The notes under the pieces: model-generated
Seen by the model: the letters and a program-made list of their open reading frames with translations, nothing else
What the model was told of the DNA's origin: nothing
Database searches by the model: none
Assembly: GCA_002633005.1 (NCBI GenBank)
Contig: NMRA01000395.1
Span: 102,681 to 166,680, forward strand
Reading direction: 5' to 3'
DNA: 64,000 nucleotides
Source: Phoronis australis
Lineage: Eukaryota; Animalia; Phoronida
In this document: piece by piece, positions 63,487 to 64,000 of the stretch
How the letters are laid out: the number at the start of each line of letters is the position of its first letter
How positions within the stretch are numbered: position 1 is the first letter of the stretch
Made by a program: the position numbers and the translations under genes

Positions 63487-64000
63487 GTGAGTAAAATGGT
63501 TTAAACGTAGCATAAGTAAGTTTAGCGAATTCTGATAAAATTACCCATTTCGCATATATACAATGTTTATACCGTACTACGGCAGCGTTTAACTCCAAGT
63601 AACATGAGCACACAAAGCAATCTTTAGCGGACTTTAAACTCCTTCTCTCAAACCGCCCATGTGGTTCCAGTATCCGAAAATACTTACTGCATAAAATCTT
63701 ATTTTCGACACGCTTTCTTTATATTCTTTTCGCCTTTCTTGCCAAAAGCGATTTTTTAACAGCATTTGACCCTTCTCTCTGAGCGTATGATTACCGGTTG
63801 TCATCAGTTATTTCTGTAACCACATTTCCGGCTCATCAGTTCAGGAACTTGTCCTGAACGCCGCCATTTTTTCCTTGTAACTGAATGTGCTATCGCTTGC
63901 TCGAAAAGTCTTCATTGTTTTGTTTTATTAGTAATATCTCGTGATTCGTTTGCATATGTACTGTATTTATAGTTTGTAGTTAGTGGTCGTTGATTTTTTT

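Overview
Eukaryotic (animal, most likely marine invertebrate) genomic DNA, AT-rich, with spliceosomal introns, N-gaps and several single-N overlap artefacts; no prokaryotic features, rRNA or CRISPR. The first ~27 kb is a dense cluster of nested, decayed transposons. A Kolobok (THAP + KolX) element contains a hAT element, which contains an Academ element with a clean 3-bp TSD. The hAT also carries a spliced vertnin/OTU-like gene upstream of its ZMYM-type transposase. Also present are further Kolobok copies, Harbinger-like elements, a Helentron-type HINE and an RNase H LINE fragment. The right part holds three host genes reconstructed by hand from phase-compatible GT-AG exons: (1) a complete 4-exon, 191-aa single-pass membrane protein with a C-C-CC-CC ectodomain (Shisa-like/STMC6; minus strand, 33101-38112); (2) a 4-exon, ~516-aa coiled-coil/disordered protein (plus strand, 48158-58757); (3) the first exon of a TATA-driven secreted prepropeptide with dibasic/furin sites (63231-63486). 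A Penelope-like GIY-YIG fragment with an inverted copy and a variant hammerhead-like motif lies at 40.5-41.5 kb. Recurrent patterns are MITEs with 5-bp TSDs and a strong excess of TACATGTA. All family assignments come from motif recognition by eye, not database searches.
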